Positions 1 through 9,971 of a stretch of DNA of 64,000 nt are shown here, piece by piece (position 1 is the stretch's first letter; each line of letters starts with the position of its first letter). The stretch is from Bdellovibrionales bacterium (GTDB taxonomy: Bacteria; Bdellovibrionota; Bdellovibrionia; Bdellovibrionales; UBA1609): contig CBDHDF010000007.1 of the NCBI GenBank assembly GCA_965261545.1, positions 320,001 to 384,000 of the forward strand, read 5' to 3'. The translations under genes were made by a program, and so were the position numbers. The notes beneath the pieces were generated by a model, which saw nothing but the letters and a program-made list of their open reading frames with translations, searched no databases and was not told the DNA's origin.

Positions 1-88
1 TAGTCACCTCTTTCGGACGAATGTATAGTATTTAATTATTATAATAATTAACATTGTCCTTTGGAATAAGAAAATATAATTTTTAGGA

Positions 89-2518
89 ATGGAATATTTT
101 ATAGCCCTAAGCCTAATGCAATGCGCTAAATTGATGGGAAGTTTTGCAATGGGCCTTGGTGCCCTTAGGAGAAACTCTGGGTTTTCTCTTATTTCTATGA
201 TGATAGCGACTTCTATTATGGGATTTTCCATGTCTGCTCTGGTTTCATTGATGGTTCGTCAGGAAAAGGGAGGAGTGGATTTAGGTCACAGGTTCGACAA
301 TGCTCGCTTACAGCAAAGTCTTTTGAGTGCGATGATGAATTCTGAAATATGCACTTGTCATTTTGTCGTCGATTCAGGTTCTACAGTGACTTTAGATACA
401 CAGGGGTTAGGGGATATTCCAATGGGCTTTGTTCGAAGTAGCTGTGATTTTTCATCCCAAGATAATATTCTTGTGGAGGCGGGAGTTCATGTGCCTGGAA
501 GCAGCGCCTTAATGGTGGAAAACATCAAGGTGACAGATATTAAATTCACGGGGACAGCCGACAGGTATTCAGGAAATCTCAGTGTGGAATACAACCAAGA
601 AAGCTTGCCCTATCCCATGGGGACTTTTTTTATTCCCCTTGTTTTAATAGTGGATTCAGAATTAGGCACAGGTGTGGCGCATCCTATTGAATCTTGCTGG
701 AACTCTGAATCACAGGGTGAGGAAAGTCCTTGGAGTGAGGTCAATAATGGGAATGGTGGGGGAGGAGGAGGTAGCACCAATGATGGGAGTGAGGCTGAAA
801 GTGCCAGCGGATTTTATAATGCTTGCATGCTTATGGACTTCTCTTCAGATGAGGATAGAGATGGACGAACTTTAGTGGGTTGCGGGGGCACTGCAAATAT
901 TTTTCGCCCCCCCCATAGCACGGCTTTTGGGTTTGGCGCGGGGTTACTCTCCGGGAGTGGAGACAATACTTATTTGGGTTATAGTGCTGGGGGAGAGCAT
1001 ATAGGAAATCAAAGTACTTTTGTGGGCTACCGTGCGGGGCAGAGGGCTGGGAATGCCTCGGCAAATACGGCCATTGGTTATGATGCTGGAAGGTATGCCC
1101 AAGGGGGGAGACAGGTTTTTGTGGGAGCTTGGGCCGGGGAAAGTGAGGAGGGGGCCATTGGAGAGGAAAATGTTTTTGTGGGAATGGGGGCTGGTCAACG
1201 CAACAGGAACGGAAGTAGAAATGTCGCCTTTGGTTTAAAAGCAGGAGCTAATAATAATGATGCCAATGATAATGTGATATTGGGTCATTATGCTTTGCAA
1301 ACGACCAATGAAGGTTTCAATGTCGTTGTAGGTTACGAGGCTGGTTCAAATTTTACAAAGAACAATCAAGTTTTCTTAGGTTATCAGGCCGGTAAATACA
1401 TAAGCACAGGGGATAGAAATATTTTTGTAGGTGCTTTTTCAGGAGGAGATAGCTCTGTGACAGGAGAGGATAATGTCTTTATGGGCTATAAGACGGGCCA
1501 CTATAATCGAGGTTCTAGAAATGTTTTTCTAGGGGAATCTACAGGGTATGGAAAGAGTGGCTTTGAAGCCCAAGAAAATACATTTGCGGGATATGGGACA
1601 GGTTTTTTAGGAGAGAACTTAAATACAAACACAGTGGTGGGTGAAGAGGCCGGGCAGTATCTGATAAATGCGGACAGTAATGTGTTGGTGGGTCGAAGGG
1701 CGGCTTATAAAGCATCCGTTGGCCACAGGAACGTGGTGCTAGGTGAGAGAGCTTTGGAGTACAGTGCTTCTTTAAAAGATGACAGTATTTATATAGGACG
1801 AAAGTTAGGTGGTGGGTCTTCCAGTGCCTCACTGCAATCATCAGAACTTATTTTAGGGGTGGAAGCTGAAGAGTGGAGATGGTTGACAGGGGATATTTCT
1901 TCAACGGGCAATCTCTATCTCAACGGTCAGCAAGTGGCTCTCACAAGCTCCAGAGAACTAAAGAAAAATATTCACCCTATAAAGAATATTAGAAAATATG
2001 TTAATAGTCTCATTCAAACGCCTTTGTTTATCTATCAGTATAAAGATAAGAATCTTCAACCTCAAAAAATTCGTATGGGATTTATATCTGAAGAACTTCC
2101 TGAGCACTTACAGATAAAGAAAAAAGGGAAACTTTCTCATCCCGACTGGCCAAGTATTTATGGTTCTTTTTGGGCGAGTATTCAATATATTTATGGTGTG
2201 CTGCAAAGGCTCGAAAAGACCTTTCCTTTGAGGGTAAAAAAAGTGATCGATGCAACAAGATATTTCCATGGTCAGCAAAATGGATTGATAGAAGATACAA
2301 TGGACTCAAGACAAGAACTTTTAAAAATGAAAAATCAACTCTCCCAGGCATCTCAAGAACTTGAGGCTGCCAAGAGAGAACTTATGGAATTAAAAACAAG
2401 CATAAGAGAAAAATGGAAAGACGTCGAAGAAAAGTTTCCTAGGTTGAAGAACTGGGCGGCATCTAGGTCGGAGTTTATATCTAAGCCTCTATTGGAACCT
2501 ATGTTTATTATGAATTGA
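89..2518 (+). CDS. Fibre/adhesin protein 1: prepilin-like N-terminus, Cys-containing domain, Gly-rich beta-repeats, C-terminal S74 intramolecular chaperone and coiled coil
   Basis: RRNSG/FSLISMMIA then a hydrophobic helix; CTCHF...RSSCDF; many N-x-F-V-G-Y-x-A-G repeats; SSRELKKNI (Ser...Lys+5), MGFISEELP, coiled-coil tail. True start may be a downstream ATG. Confidence 0.8.
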   Translation: MEYFIALSLMQCAKLMGSFAMGLGALRRNSGFSLISMMIATSIMGFSMSALVSLMVRQEKGGVDLGHRFDNARLQQSLLSAMMNSEICTCHFVVDSGSTVTLDTQGLGDIPMGFVRSSCDFSSQDNILVEAGVHVPGSSALMVENIKVTDIKFTGTADRYSGNLSVEYNQESLPYPMGTFFIPLVLIVDSELGTGVAHPIESCWNSESQGEESPWSEVNNGNGGGGGGSTNDGSEAESASGFYNACMLMDFSSDEDRDGRTLVGCGGTANIFRPPHSTAFGFGAGLLSGSGDNTYLGYSAGGEHIGNQSTFVGYRAGQRAGNASANTAIGYDAGRYAQGGRQVFVGAWAGESEEGAIGEENVFVGMGAGQRNRNGSRNVAFGLKAGANNNDANDNVILGHYALQTTNEGFNVVVGYEAGSNFTKNNQVFLGYQAGKYISTGDRNIFVGAFSGGDSSVTGEDNVFMGYKTGHYNRGSRNVFLGESTGYGKSGFEAQENTFAGYGTGFLGENLNTNTVVGEEAGQYLINADSNVLVGRRAAYKASVGHRNVVLGERALEYSASLKDDSIYIGRKLGGGSSSASLQSSELILGVEAEEWRWLTGDISSTGNLYLNGQQVALTSSRELKKNIHPIKNIRKYVNSLIQTPLFIYQYKDKNLQPQKIRMGFISEELPEHLQIKKKGKLSHPDWPSIYGSFWASIQYIYGVLQRLEKTFPLRVKKVIDATRYFHGQQNGLIEDTMDSRQELLKMKNQLSQASQELEAAKRELMELKTSIREKWKDVEEKFPRLKNWAASRSEFISKPLLEPMFIMN

Positions 2519-4815
2519 TGAGGTTATTCATGAATGGCTCTATGGAATGGAGCGTGATGAAACAGCGGAATATTTCGGGTTTATCTTCTCAAGGGGGAGT
2601 GACTCTTATATCTGCATTGGTCGCGGTGCTTGTGATCAGTATGGCCTCGCTTTCTTTGGTATCTATGCAAGTCTCTCAAAAAAAGCAATCCTTAGCTTTA
2701 AAGCAGAAGCTTGCCCATATTGGTTTGGGGGCTTTTATTACAAAGGTTTTTTACAGCGGTGTTTGCTCTTGTCACTTTCATGCTGAAATCAATACGGGGG
2801 CACCCGAGGGAAGTCTCTTTTTAGATACATCAAATACAGATGTGGCCAGCAGTATTCCTTTAGAATCCATAAGAACAGGTTGTGAATTTAGTGGTAACGA
2901 TAATGTGATTGTGAGGGCCAATGAGGAGGTGGTTCGTAGTGGGGGCCTTGTGGTGGGAGATATTATCGTTAAAGACCTCCTGGCGACAGGGTCTTCTGAT
3001 GTCTATTCTGGAAATCTTGTTGTTAGCTACACAGAGTCCAGTCAAAAGTTGCTTTTGGAGCCGATTTCTATACCTCTCGTTTTGTCCATTGACTCAAGCT
3101 TAGGCACTCCTGAAGCAAGGCCCATTCAATTTTGTTGGCAAGGTGAGGGCGACGTGGCTGTAGAGCAAGTCGACGGTGATGATGGTAATGGCAATGGTAG
3201 TGGAGAGATCGAGAGCGAGGATATGTCAGGGCTTGCCTGTGCCCATGTGACGGACGCCACAGGGACGGAGGATGATGGAAGCAGTCTTGTTGGCTGTAAG
3301 ACATCAGATGTGGTCACGGCTGAAAAGACGGCACTGGGCTTTGAGGCGGGGAGCAATGATGAGATCTACGGTAACAATACTTATTTGGGTTTTAAAGCTG
3401 GATCATCTATGGCTTTGGGGAAGGGAACTTTTTTAGGTTTTAGGGCGGGTGAGAATTTTAATGGTCAGTATAATACGATGGTTGGTTCTCTTTCTGGAAA
3501 TAGTTCTTGGAATATAACGTATGGGCATGTGCTTATAGGGATGGATGTGGGGAGGGGGCATAGCAGTAGCTATTACAGCCAGAATATTTTAATAGGAACC
3601 TATACAGGACAAAGCGCGGCGAGGCATGCTCTTTTTATTGGAAACGAAACCGGGCAACAAGCCGAAAAGGGGTTTATTATAGGCCACGGTGCGGGAGTAT
3701 CTTCTAGCACCAGTTCCTTGGATACCTTTGTAGGAAATGGGGTGGGAAAGAATAACCAATCTTTGGGGGGCAGTGTGGTGGTGGGTTATGAGGCTGCTAT
3801 GGGTGAAGAGGTGGCTCTTGGTATTGGGATCGGCCGATCTTCTGGAAAAGGGGGTATTCATAGGGCTTTCATGGTAGGTTTTGAGGCGGGGCAAAAAGGT
3901 GCGGGGAAATATGGCCTTTTCTTGGGAGGGCAAGCGGGCTCGAATCTTGAAAGTGGAGATTATAATAATTTTATTGGTTTCCAGGCGGGGTTTCAAAAGA
4001 CATCTGGGCATTCGAATACCTATGCGGGGGCCTTTTCGGGGCACAGTGACCAGAGTGCCACTGGAAATACTTGTGTAGGCTGGAGTTCTTGCTATGACAA
4101 TGAAACGGGGATAAATAACACCATTCTGGGGGCTCATGCTGGAAAGAGCCATCTTGGGTCCAACAATATATTTATTGGCAAAGGAGTGGGCTCTTTATCG
4201 TCTCATGCAAATCTTAATGCAACACTCATGGTGGGAACCGAGAGTCATCAAGAATGGCTGGTCGGAGAGATGTCATCCGTTTCAACCATGCTTTTAAATG
4301 GTAACCCCATAACCATTCAAAGCTCAAGAGCTTTGAAGAAAAATATATATCCTGTGAAGAATCTTAAAAAATATTTTCAATGGATGTTGGAAACTCCCCT
4401 ATTTACTTACCAATACAAGGACCCAAAACTTCAACCTGATAAGATGCGTATGGGTATTATTTCTGAAGAACTTCCTGAGATTTTGCAAATCAAAAGAAAG
4501 GGTAAGTTCTCTCAGCCAGATTGGCCAAGTGTTTATGGAGTTTTTGCAGCCAGTATCAAATGGATTTATATCTCTACCATGAATTTGGAAGATAGCGTAT
4601 CCACCAAAATGGCGGACATCATGGGTTTGTTGACTTCCATTGAAAGGGATATTCGAGGTATAAGGCAAAAGCTTGATGAGTGGGTGAAGAATCCCTATGT
4701 GACGAAGAGGCATATAAAGCAATCCCAAGAGAAGATAAAGAAAATGAGGAGTGAGATAGCAAAGGCAGGCATAGATGTAGATAAGAAGTGGGAAGAACTT
4801 ATGGGTGAGCCATGA
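2515..4815 (+). CDS. Fibre/adhesin protein 2 (paralogue of 89..2518)
   Basis: QGG/VTLISALVAV; CSCHF...RTGCEF; Gly-rich repeats; SSRALKKNI, MGIISEELP, PDWPSVYG; overlaps both neighbours by 4 nt. Confidence 0.8.
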   Translation: MMRLFMNGSMEWSVMKQRNISGLSSQGGVTLISALVAVLVISMASLSLVSMQVSQKKQSLALKQKLAHIGLGAFITKVFYSGVCSCHFHAEINTGAPEGSLFLDTSNTDVASSIPLESIRTGCEFSGNDNVIVRANEEVVRSGGLVVGDIIVKDLLATGSSDVYSGNLVVSYTESSQKLLLEPISIPLVLSIDSSLGTPEARPIQFCWQGEGDVAVEQVDGDDGNGNGSGEIESEDMSGLACAHVTDATGTEDDGSSLVGCKTSDVVTAEKTALGFEAGSNDEIYGNNTYLGFKAGSSMALGKGTFLGFRAGENFNGQYNTMVGSLSGNSSWNITYGHVLIGMDVGRGHSSSYYSQNILIGTYTGQSAARHALFIGNETGQQAEKGFIIGHGAGVSSSTSSLDTFVGNGVGKNNQSLGGSVVVGYEAAMGEEVALGIGIGRSSGKGGIHRAFMVGFEAGQKGAGKYGLFLGGQAGSNLESGDYNNFIGFQAGFQKTSGHSNTYAGAFSGHSDQSATGNTCVGWSSCYDNETGINNTILGAHAGKSHLGSNNIFIGKGVGSLSSHANLNATLMVGTESHQEWLVGEMSSVSTMLLNGNPITIQSSRALKKNIYPVKNLKKYFQWMLETPLFTYQYKDPKLQPDKMRMGIISEELPEILQIKRKGKFSQPDWPSVYGVFAASIKWIYISTMNLEDSVSTKMADIMGLLTSIERDIRGIRQKLDEWVKNPYVTKRHIKQSQEKIKKMRSEIAKAGIDVDKKWEELMGEP

Positions 4816-7097
4816 TCACAGTGAAGAATATGTACTCTTTAGAGAATACGACTTTTGGTGGAAGTTATGGTTTTGCTATGCTGTCCATTATTTTGTCTAT
4901 TTCTATTATGAGTGTATCTATGTTGTCTTTTTTATCCAAGATCAATATAGGTACCAAAGAGGTCAAGCACTTATCTAAAAAAATCCAAAGACAGAATATT
5001 GAACTTGCTGTTGGGAAGCTTATGGATAGTGAAAAATGCACTTGTCACTTTGATCCAACACAAAATACAAATATTTCTTCCACATCACTTGGAATTAATA
5101 CGTCCACTTCAGAGGATATCCCACTGGGAGCTCTAAGGACAGGTTGTGATTTTAGCTTGACTAATAATATTTTGATTCAAGATGGAAGTTCCCTAGGGAA
5201 GGGTTTGGTGGTAGACAAGGTTAAGGTGTCAAATATTAGGTCAGAGGAGGGGAGCAGTGAAAATTTTTTGGGGGATCTTACTATTACTTATGCCAACGAA
5301 GGTCGCCCAGAGGCTTTTCGACCCTCTGTGATCCCTATAACTTTTTCTGTTGATTCTAGTTCAGGGTCGAGTGAAAATCGGCCGGTCAAAAATTGTGAGA
5401 GTTTGAGCAACCGTATGACGACACCACCAAGCTTTCCCTGTCACCTTGCGGATACGGAGGCTGGTGCCATGGATGATACAGAGTTGGGTAGCATGGCGGA
5501 GGGGCGAACTCTTTTAGGTTGTGGAGGAGCCGTGGATGAAAATCGCTCTGGATCGACAACATCCTTTGGATTTAGGGCTGGGAAGTCTTCGGCTTCGCAC
5601 ATGGGAAGTACTTATTTTGGGTATGAAGCTGGAATGACCCATAATAATATTTATAGCACGATGGTGGGCTATAGGGCGGGAAAGATGTCCATACACTTAA
5701 GACGTAGCAATCTCATTGGGTATCGAGCTGGAGAGAATACGAAGTGGGGTCAGAATTTTCATTTCATTGGAGCCGAGGCCGGTCTCAACACATTTACGAG
5801 AGTCAATAATATTTTTATAGGAGCTTCAGCAGGAAGGAACAATCGTCGAGGAATGTACAATATTTTCTTGGGCTATGAGGCCGGGCGAGATGGACCTGCT
5901 GCAGATGACAATATTTTTATAGGCTATAGGGCTGGGCTTTCAAATGTTGGATATCGGAATACCTTTATTGGATCTCAGGCGGGAGAGGCCAATACTTCAG
6001 GGGGAGACTCTGTGGTCATTGGTTATCGTGCTGGTTATGAAAATCCATTTATAAGCAAGAGTGTCCTTTTGGGAAGTTTTGCGGGGAGGGAGAGTGATGG
6101 AGGTCAGCACTCTGTGTTTGTAGGTTATTTGTCTGGGAGAAAGAACAGGGGTGATTACAATACATTTGTAGGAAACTATACTGGCACAAAGAATGTGGAG
6201 GGGTATGAGAATGTTTTTGTAGGGCACAGGGCTGGTGATTCTAATATCATTGGATCAAAAAATACATTTATTGGAGAATTGGGGGGAAGCAAGAACGAAT
6301 CAGGATCCTACAATACTTTTATAGGTCGGTGGGCGGGCTATAACAATATCACTGGAAGTTCGAACACCATGATTGGTTTTCAGGCGGGCTATTTAAATGA
6401 AGGAGGCAGCCATAACATATTTATCGGTACAGATGTGGGGGATATATCCTATGCCAACACAGACTCTAAATTTGTTATGGGCAATACATACACGAGAACT
6501 TGGGTTGAGGGAGACATGACTTCCACTGGAAATCTCTATGTCAATGACCAGCAAGTTGTGGTGACAAGTTCACGATTTTTGAAGAAGAATATTCGCCCTG
6601 TGACCCAATTTAGAAAATACTTGGATGACCTCTTAAAGACTTCTCTTTTTACATATCAATATAAAAGTTCTAGAAATCAACCCAACAAAACACGTATGGG
6701 GGTTATATCTGAAGAACTGCCTCAAAATTTAAAAATTCAAATGACAGAGGGGCTTCCCCATCCCGATTGGCCCACAGTCTACGGTTCTTTTTGGGCGAGT
6801 CTTAAGGCCCTCCATGGAATCAAGAAAGAATTGGAAGAACAATTTCTGTTAAAATATCAGGATTTTTTATTTAAGGTTCGATCCATAAAGAAGAAGCAGC
6901 TTCAGGTGAACGAAGTATGGATTCAGCACAAAAAAGAAATGTCTTCCATAAAGTCTCAATTTCGCCAGATTCATCGTGAAATGGAGCAAATTCAGAAAGA
7001 TATTTTAAAAACCAAAAATAAGTTTGACGAGGATTGGCAGGATTTAATAGCCAGACTTTCTAGGACTCCCTTGGATGGCTGCTGTGCTTCTGAATGA
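4812..7097 (+). CDS. Fibre/adhesin protein 3 (paralogue)
   Basis: SYG/FAMLSIILS; CTCHF...RTGCDF; NTFIG repeats; SSRFLKKNI, MGVISEELP, PDWPTVYG. Confidence 0.8.
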   Translation: MITVKNMYSLENTTFGGSYGFAMLSIILSISIMSVSMLSFLSKINIGTKEVKHLSKKIQRQNIELAVGKLMDSEKCTCHFDPTQNTNISSTSLGINTSTSEDIPLGALRTGCDFSLTNNILIQDGSSLGKGLVVDKVKVSNIRSEEGSSENFLGDLTITYANEGRPEAFRPSVIPITFSVDSSSGSSENRPVKNCESLSNRMTTPPSFPCHLADTEAGAMDDTELGSMAEGRTLLGCGGAVDENRSGSTTSFGFRAGKSSASHMGSTYFGYEAGMTHNNIYSTMVGYRAGKMSIHLRRSNLIGYRAGENTKWGQNFHFIGAEAGLNTFTRVNNIFIGASAGRNNRRGMYNIFLGYEAGRDGPAADDNIFIGYRAGLSNVGYRNTFIGSQAGEANTSGGDSVVIGYRAGYENPFISKSVLLGSFAGRESDGGQHSVFVGYLSGRKNRGDYNTFVGNYTGTKNVEGYENVFVGHRAGDSNIIGSKNTFIGELGGSKNESGSYNTFIGRWAGYNNITGSSNTMIGFQAGYLNEGGSHNIFIGTDVGDISYANTDSKFVMGNTYTRTWVEGDMTSTGNLYVNDQQVVVTSSRFLKKNIRPVTQFRKYLDDLLKTSLFTYQYKSSRNQPNKTRMGVISEELPQNLKIQMTEGLPHPDWPTVYGSFWASLKALHGIKKELEEQFLLKYQDFLFKVRSIKKKQLQVNEVWIQHKKEMSSIKSQFRQIHREMEQIQKDILKTKNKFDEDWQDLIARLSRTPLDGCCASE

Positions 7098-7896
7098 CTG
7101 TGTAGATATCTAAAAGGCGGTTTATCACATCTCTCAAATTGTGGAGGGGAAGTTGAGTTGCGGAGTCGGATAGGGCCTGTGAGGGATCGGGGTGAGTTTC
7201 CATAAACAGAGCCTCGGCTCCCGCTGCCACGGCAGCCATGGAAAGGGTAAGAATTTGTTCTCTGGGGCCACCTCCCGTGGTGGCTCCCCCCAGCCTTTGG
7301 ATGGAGTGAGTGGCGTCGTGAACCACTTTGGCACCAAAGCTTTTCATAATGGAAAAGCTTGTCATGTCGACGACCAGTCGTCCATAACCAAAGCAGCTTC
7401 CTCTTTCGGTCAATAAAATGTTTGATCTGGGGATGAAGTGAGCCGCTTTTTCCACGAGATACTCTGTTTGTTCAGGAGCTATAAACTGACCCTTTTTAAC
7501 TTTGAGGCGGCGTTGATATTTTTTGCAAGCCATGGCCCCTTCCACGATCATATCCGTTTGCCGGCATAAGAAGGCGGGAATTTGAAGAACATCCACAACT
7601 GAGGCAACATCATCCGCTTGGGAGGGGAGATGAAAATCAGTGAGCACCGGAAGGGAAAAAGTGGTTTTCACCTTTTCTAAAAGACGCAACCCCTCTTCAA
7701 GCCCAGGACCTCTGTAAGAGTTTATGGAGGTTCGATTGGCCTTATCAAAACTTCCCTTGAAAGTTATAGACACGGACTCACCTAACTCTTGGTTAAGGGA
7801 GGCCAATGTTTCAGCCACCGTCATTGCCAAACTTTCACTTTCTAAAACACAGGGGCCTGCAAAAACCTCCATGGTGGAAATCTTGTTGGGACTCAT
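7060..7896 (-). CDS. kdsA: 3-deoxy-D-manno-octulosonate 8-phosphate synthase
   Basis: AGPCVLES, FKGSFDKANRTS, QIPAFLCRQTD, KKGQF, ERG, DATHS, ETHPDP, SD motifs. Confidence 0.95.
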   Translation of the reverse strand: MSPNKISTMEVFAGPCVLESESLAMTVAETLASLNQELGESVSITFKGSFDKANRTSINSYRGPGLEEGLRLLEKVKTTFSLPVLTDFHLPSQADDVASVVDVLQIPAFLCRQTDMIVEGAMACKKYQRRLKVKKGQFIAPEQTEYLVEKAAHFIPRSNILLTERGSCFGYGRLVVDMTSFSIMKSFGAKVVHDATHSIQRLGGATTGGGPREQILTLSMAAVAAGAEALFMETHPDPSQALSDSATQLPLHNLRDVINRLLDIYTVIQKHSSHPRES

Positions 7897-8001
7897 AGTG
7901 GGACTCCTATGGGGGGGCTGGGATTCCTACGGTAATATTAGGGTGGTTTTTTACTCCCTTCTCACTTTACGAAGACAGCCTTTCGTTCTATAAGCTCATC
8001 T

Positions 8002-8640
8002 ATGTTAGAAGTCCAGTGGTTTGGAAAAAGGCCCTACAATGAGTCTTGTCGCATACAGCACTCAGGTCTCCAAGAAATTCGGTATGGAGCAACTCCAAAA
8101 GTTATGGGATTTGAATATCCCACCACTATTACCCAAGGGATTCGCTCTCAGGGCTTCCTGGATATTCTGAAGCCCAGGGATTTTTGGGAGAGTCAGAAAA
8201 TACCCATTGTCTCCACGGGGCGTGGAGGGCAGACAACCCTCCACTCGCCAGGTCAATTGGTGATTTATCCCCTGCTTCCACTTAGCTCTTGGAGGTTGGG
8301 CGTCAAAGATTATGTTCATCTTCTTCTAAAGGCCACCTCCCAGTGGCTTTTGCACCAGGGTGTCTGGGCCTGTGAGCGGAAGAATCACACCGGCCTTTTT
8401 ACAGAGCGAGGAAAAATTGCCTTTGTTGGAATTGCAGTGCGTTATGGTGTCAGTCAGCATGGACTCTCCATCAATGTGGCCAATGATCTCCGGCTGTTTT
8501 CCATGATTAAGTCCTGTGGCATACGTCATATGGATTTGGATGCCATTTACCCCTATCCTCAAAAAGTGGAGCTCGCTCCCTTTTTTCAGAGTTGGTGTCC
8601 CTACTTTACTAGCCAATTAAAACCAATTAAAAACTTATAA
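8002..8640 (+). CDS. lipB: Octanoyltransferase (lipoyl(octanoyl) transferase)
   Basis: RGGQTTLHSPGQLVIYP, KIAFVGI, SQHGLSINV, F..I..CG motifs. Confidence 0.9.
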   Translation: MLEVQWFGKRPYNESCRIQHSGLQEIRYGATPKVMGFEYPTTITQGIRSQGFLDILKPRDFWESQKIPIVSTGRGGQTTLHSPGQLVIYPLLPLSSWRLGVKDYVHLLLKATSQWLLHQGVWACERKNHTGLFTERGKIAFVGIAVRYGVSQHGLSINVANDLRLFSMIKSCGIRHMDLDAIYPYPQKVELAPFFQSWCPYFTSQLKPIKNL

Positions 8641-8675
8641 GAGTTTGTGAGAGTTTAGATTTTGTAAGGGTTTAG

Positions 8676-9971
8676 ATGATGAATTCAAAAGAGTTGTTTG
8701 AAAGAGCAAAAAAGGTGATTCCTGGGGGCGTTCATAGCCCTGTAAGGTCCTTTCAATCCGTGGGGGGGGAGCCCTTGTTTTTTAAATCTGCTCAGGGGGC
8801 TTATATGACCACGGTGGAGGGCGAGGAACTCATTGATTTTTGTCAGAGTTTTGGTCCCAACCTTTTAGGACATAGAGACGTCGATGTGGCTTTCAAAGTT
8901 CAACAAATGGTTCAGAGGGCCTGGAGTCTTGGGGCCTGTGACCCCTATTCACTGGAGCTATCGGAATGGTTGGTGGAGAGGCTTCCCTGGGTGGACCAAG
9001 TGCGCTTGGTGAGTTCGGGGACCGAGGCTGTGATGAGCGCCCTTCGCCTCGCTCGGGCAGCGACAGGGCGGCGAAAAATTTTGAAATTTGAGGGCTGCTA
9101 TCACGGTCATACGGATGCGATGTTGGTCAAGGCAGGAAGTGGTTTGGCGGGTGCTGTTGCCAGTGACTCTGCCGGTGTCGAGGGTTCTCTTGTGGAAGAT
9201 ACCATGATTATTCCCTTGGACGACGAAGAGAAATTGAATCAAGTGCTACAGGCCCAGGGTTCTCAAATGGCCGCTGTTATTTTAGAGCCACTGCCCGCCA
9301 ATTATGGACTTTTAAAGCAGCGTCCTTCATTTATTAAGAAATTATTTCAAGGAGCCAAAAACTGTGGGGCCTTGGTGATCTTTGATGAGGTAATTTCAGG
9401 TTTTCGAGTGGGACTTCAGGGCATGGCGGGTTTGTTGGAGCTTTCGCCAGACCTTGTGACATATGGAAAGGTTATGGGAGGAGGCTTTCCCATGGGGTGT
9501 TTTGGGGGGCGTCGAGATATTATGGAACTGGTGGCTCCCTGTGGTCCTGTTTATCAGGCGGGGACGCTGGCCGCCCATCCCGTGGCCACTTGTGCAGGGC
9601 TTGCGACTTTGCAAAAGGTGGAGAAGAGGGGAGTTTATGGGGTTCTCGATCAACGCATGAAAGTCTTTGTAAACTCACTTCAAAAGGGCCTTGAGGTCAC
9701 AGACTGGGATATCACTTTTCAGAATTCTTTGTTTTGGTTTCACTTAAAGAGTGCCGAGCCCTACCGCTCCCCTCGGCAGTTGCCCCCCCAGTTGAGGGCA
9801 AGGTTTCAAGAGCTTTTTCACGGTTGTGTGTGTCGAGGTGTTTACTTGGCTCCAAGTGCCTTTGAAGTCAATTTTTTATCTTTGGCTCACACGGAAGAAA
9901 TTTTAGAAAAGGCTGCTGCGGCCATTGTGGCTGCAGCGATGGAATCCACCAAAGGCCAAGCTCTTAAATGA
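8676..9971 (+). CDS. hemL: Glutamate-1-semialdehyde 2,1-aminomutase
   Basis: IPGGVHSPVRSF, SSGTEAVMSALRLAR, FEGCYHGH, FDEVISGFR, GKVMGGGFP, YQAGTL. Confidence 0.95.
   Translation: MMNSKELFERAKKVIPGGVHSPVRSFQSVGGEPLFFKSAQGAYMTTVEGEELIDFCQSFGPNLLGHRDVDVAFKVQQMVQRAWSLGACDPYSLELSEWLVERLPWVDQVRLVSSGTEAVMSALRLARAATGRRKILKFEGCYHGHTDAMLVKAGSGLAGAVASDSAGVEGSLVEDTMIIPLDDEEKLNQVLQAQGSQMAAVILEPLPANYGLLKQRPSFIKKLFQGAKNCGALVIFDEVISGFRVGLQGMAGLLELSPDLVTYGKVMGGGFPMGCFGGRRDIMELVAPCGPVYQAGTLAAHPVATCAGLATLQKVEKRGVYGVLDQRMKVFVNSLQKGLEVTDWDITFQNSLFWFHLKSAEPYRSPRQLPPQLRARFQELFHGCVCRGVYLAPSAFEVNFLSLAHTEEILEKAAAAIVAAAMESTKGQALK

Noticed and set aside
89..7097. Prophage tail-fibre module or classical trimeric autotransporters
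   Set aside because: No other phage genes nearby, the proteins have export-type N-termini, and there is no C-terminal YadA-type beta-barrel anchor
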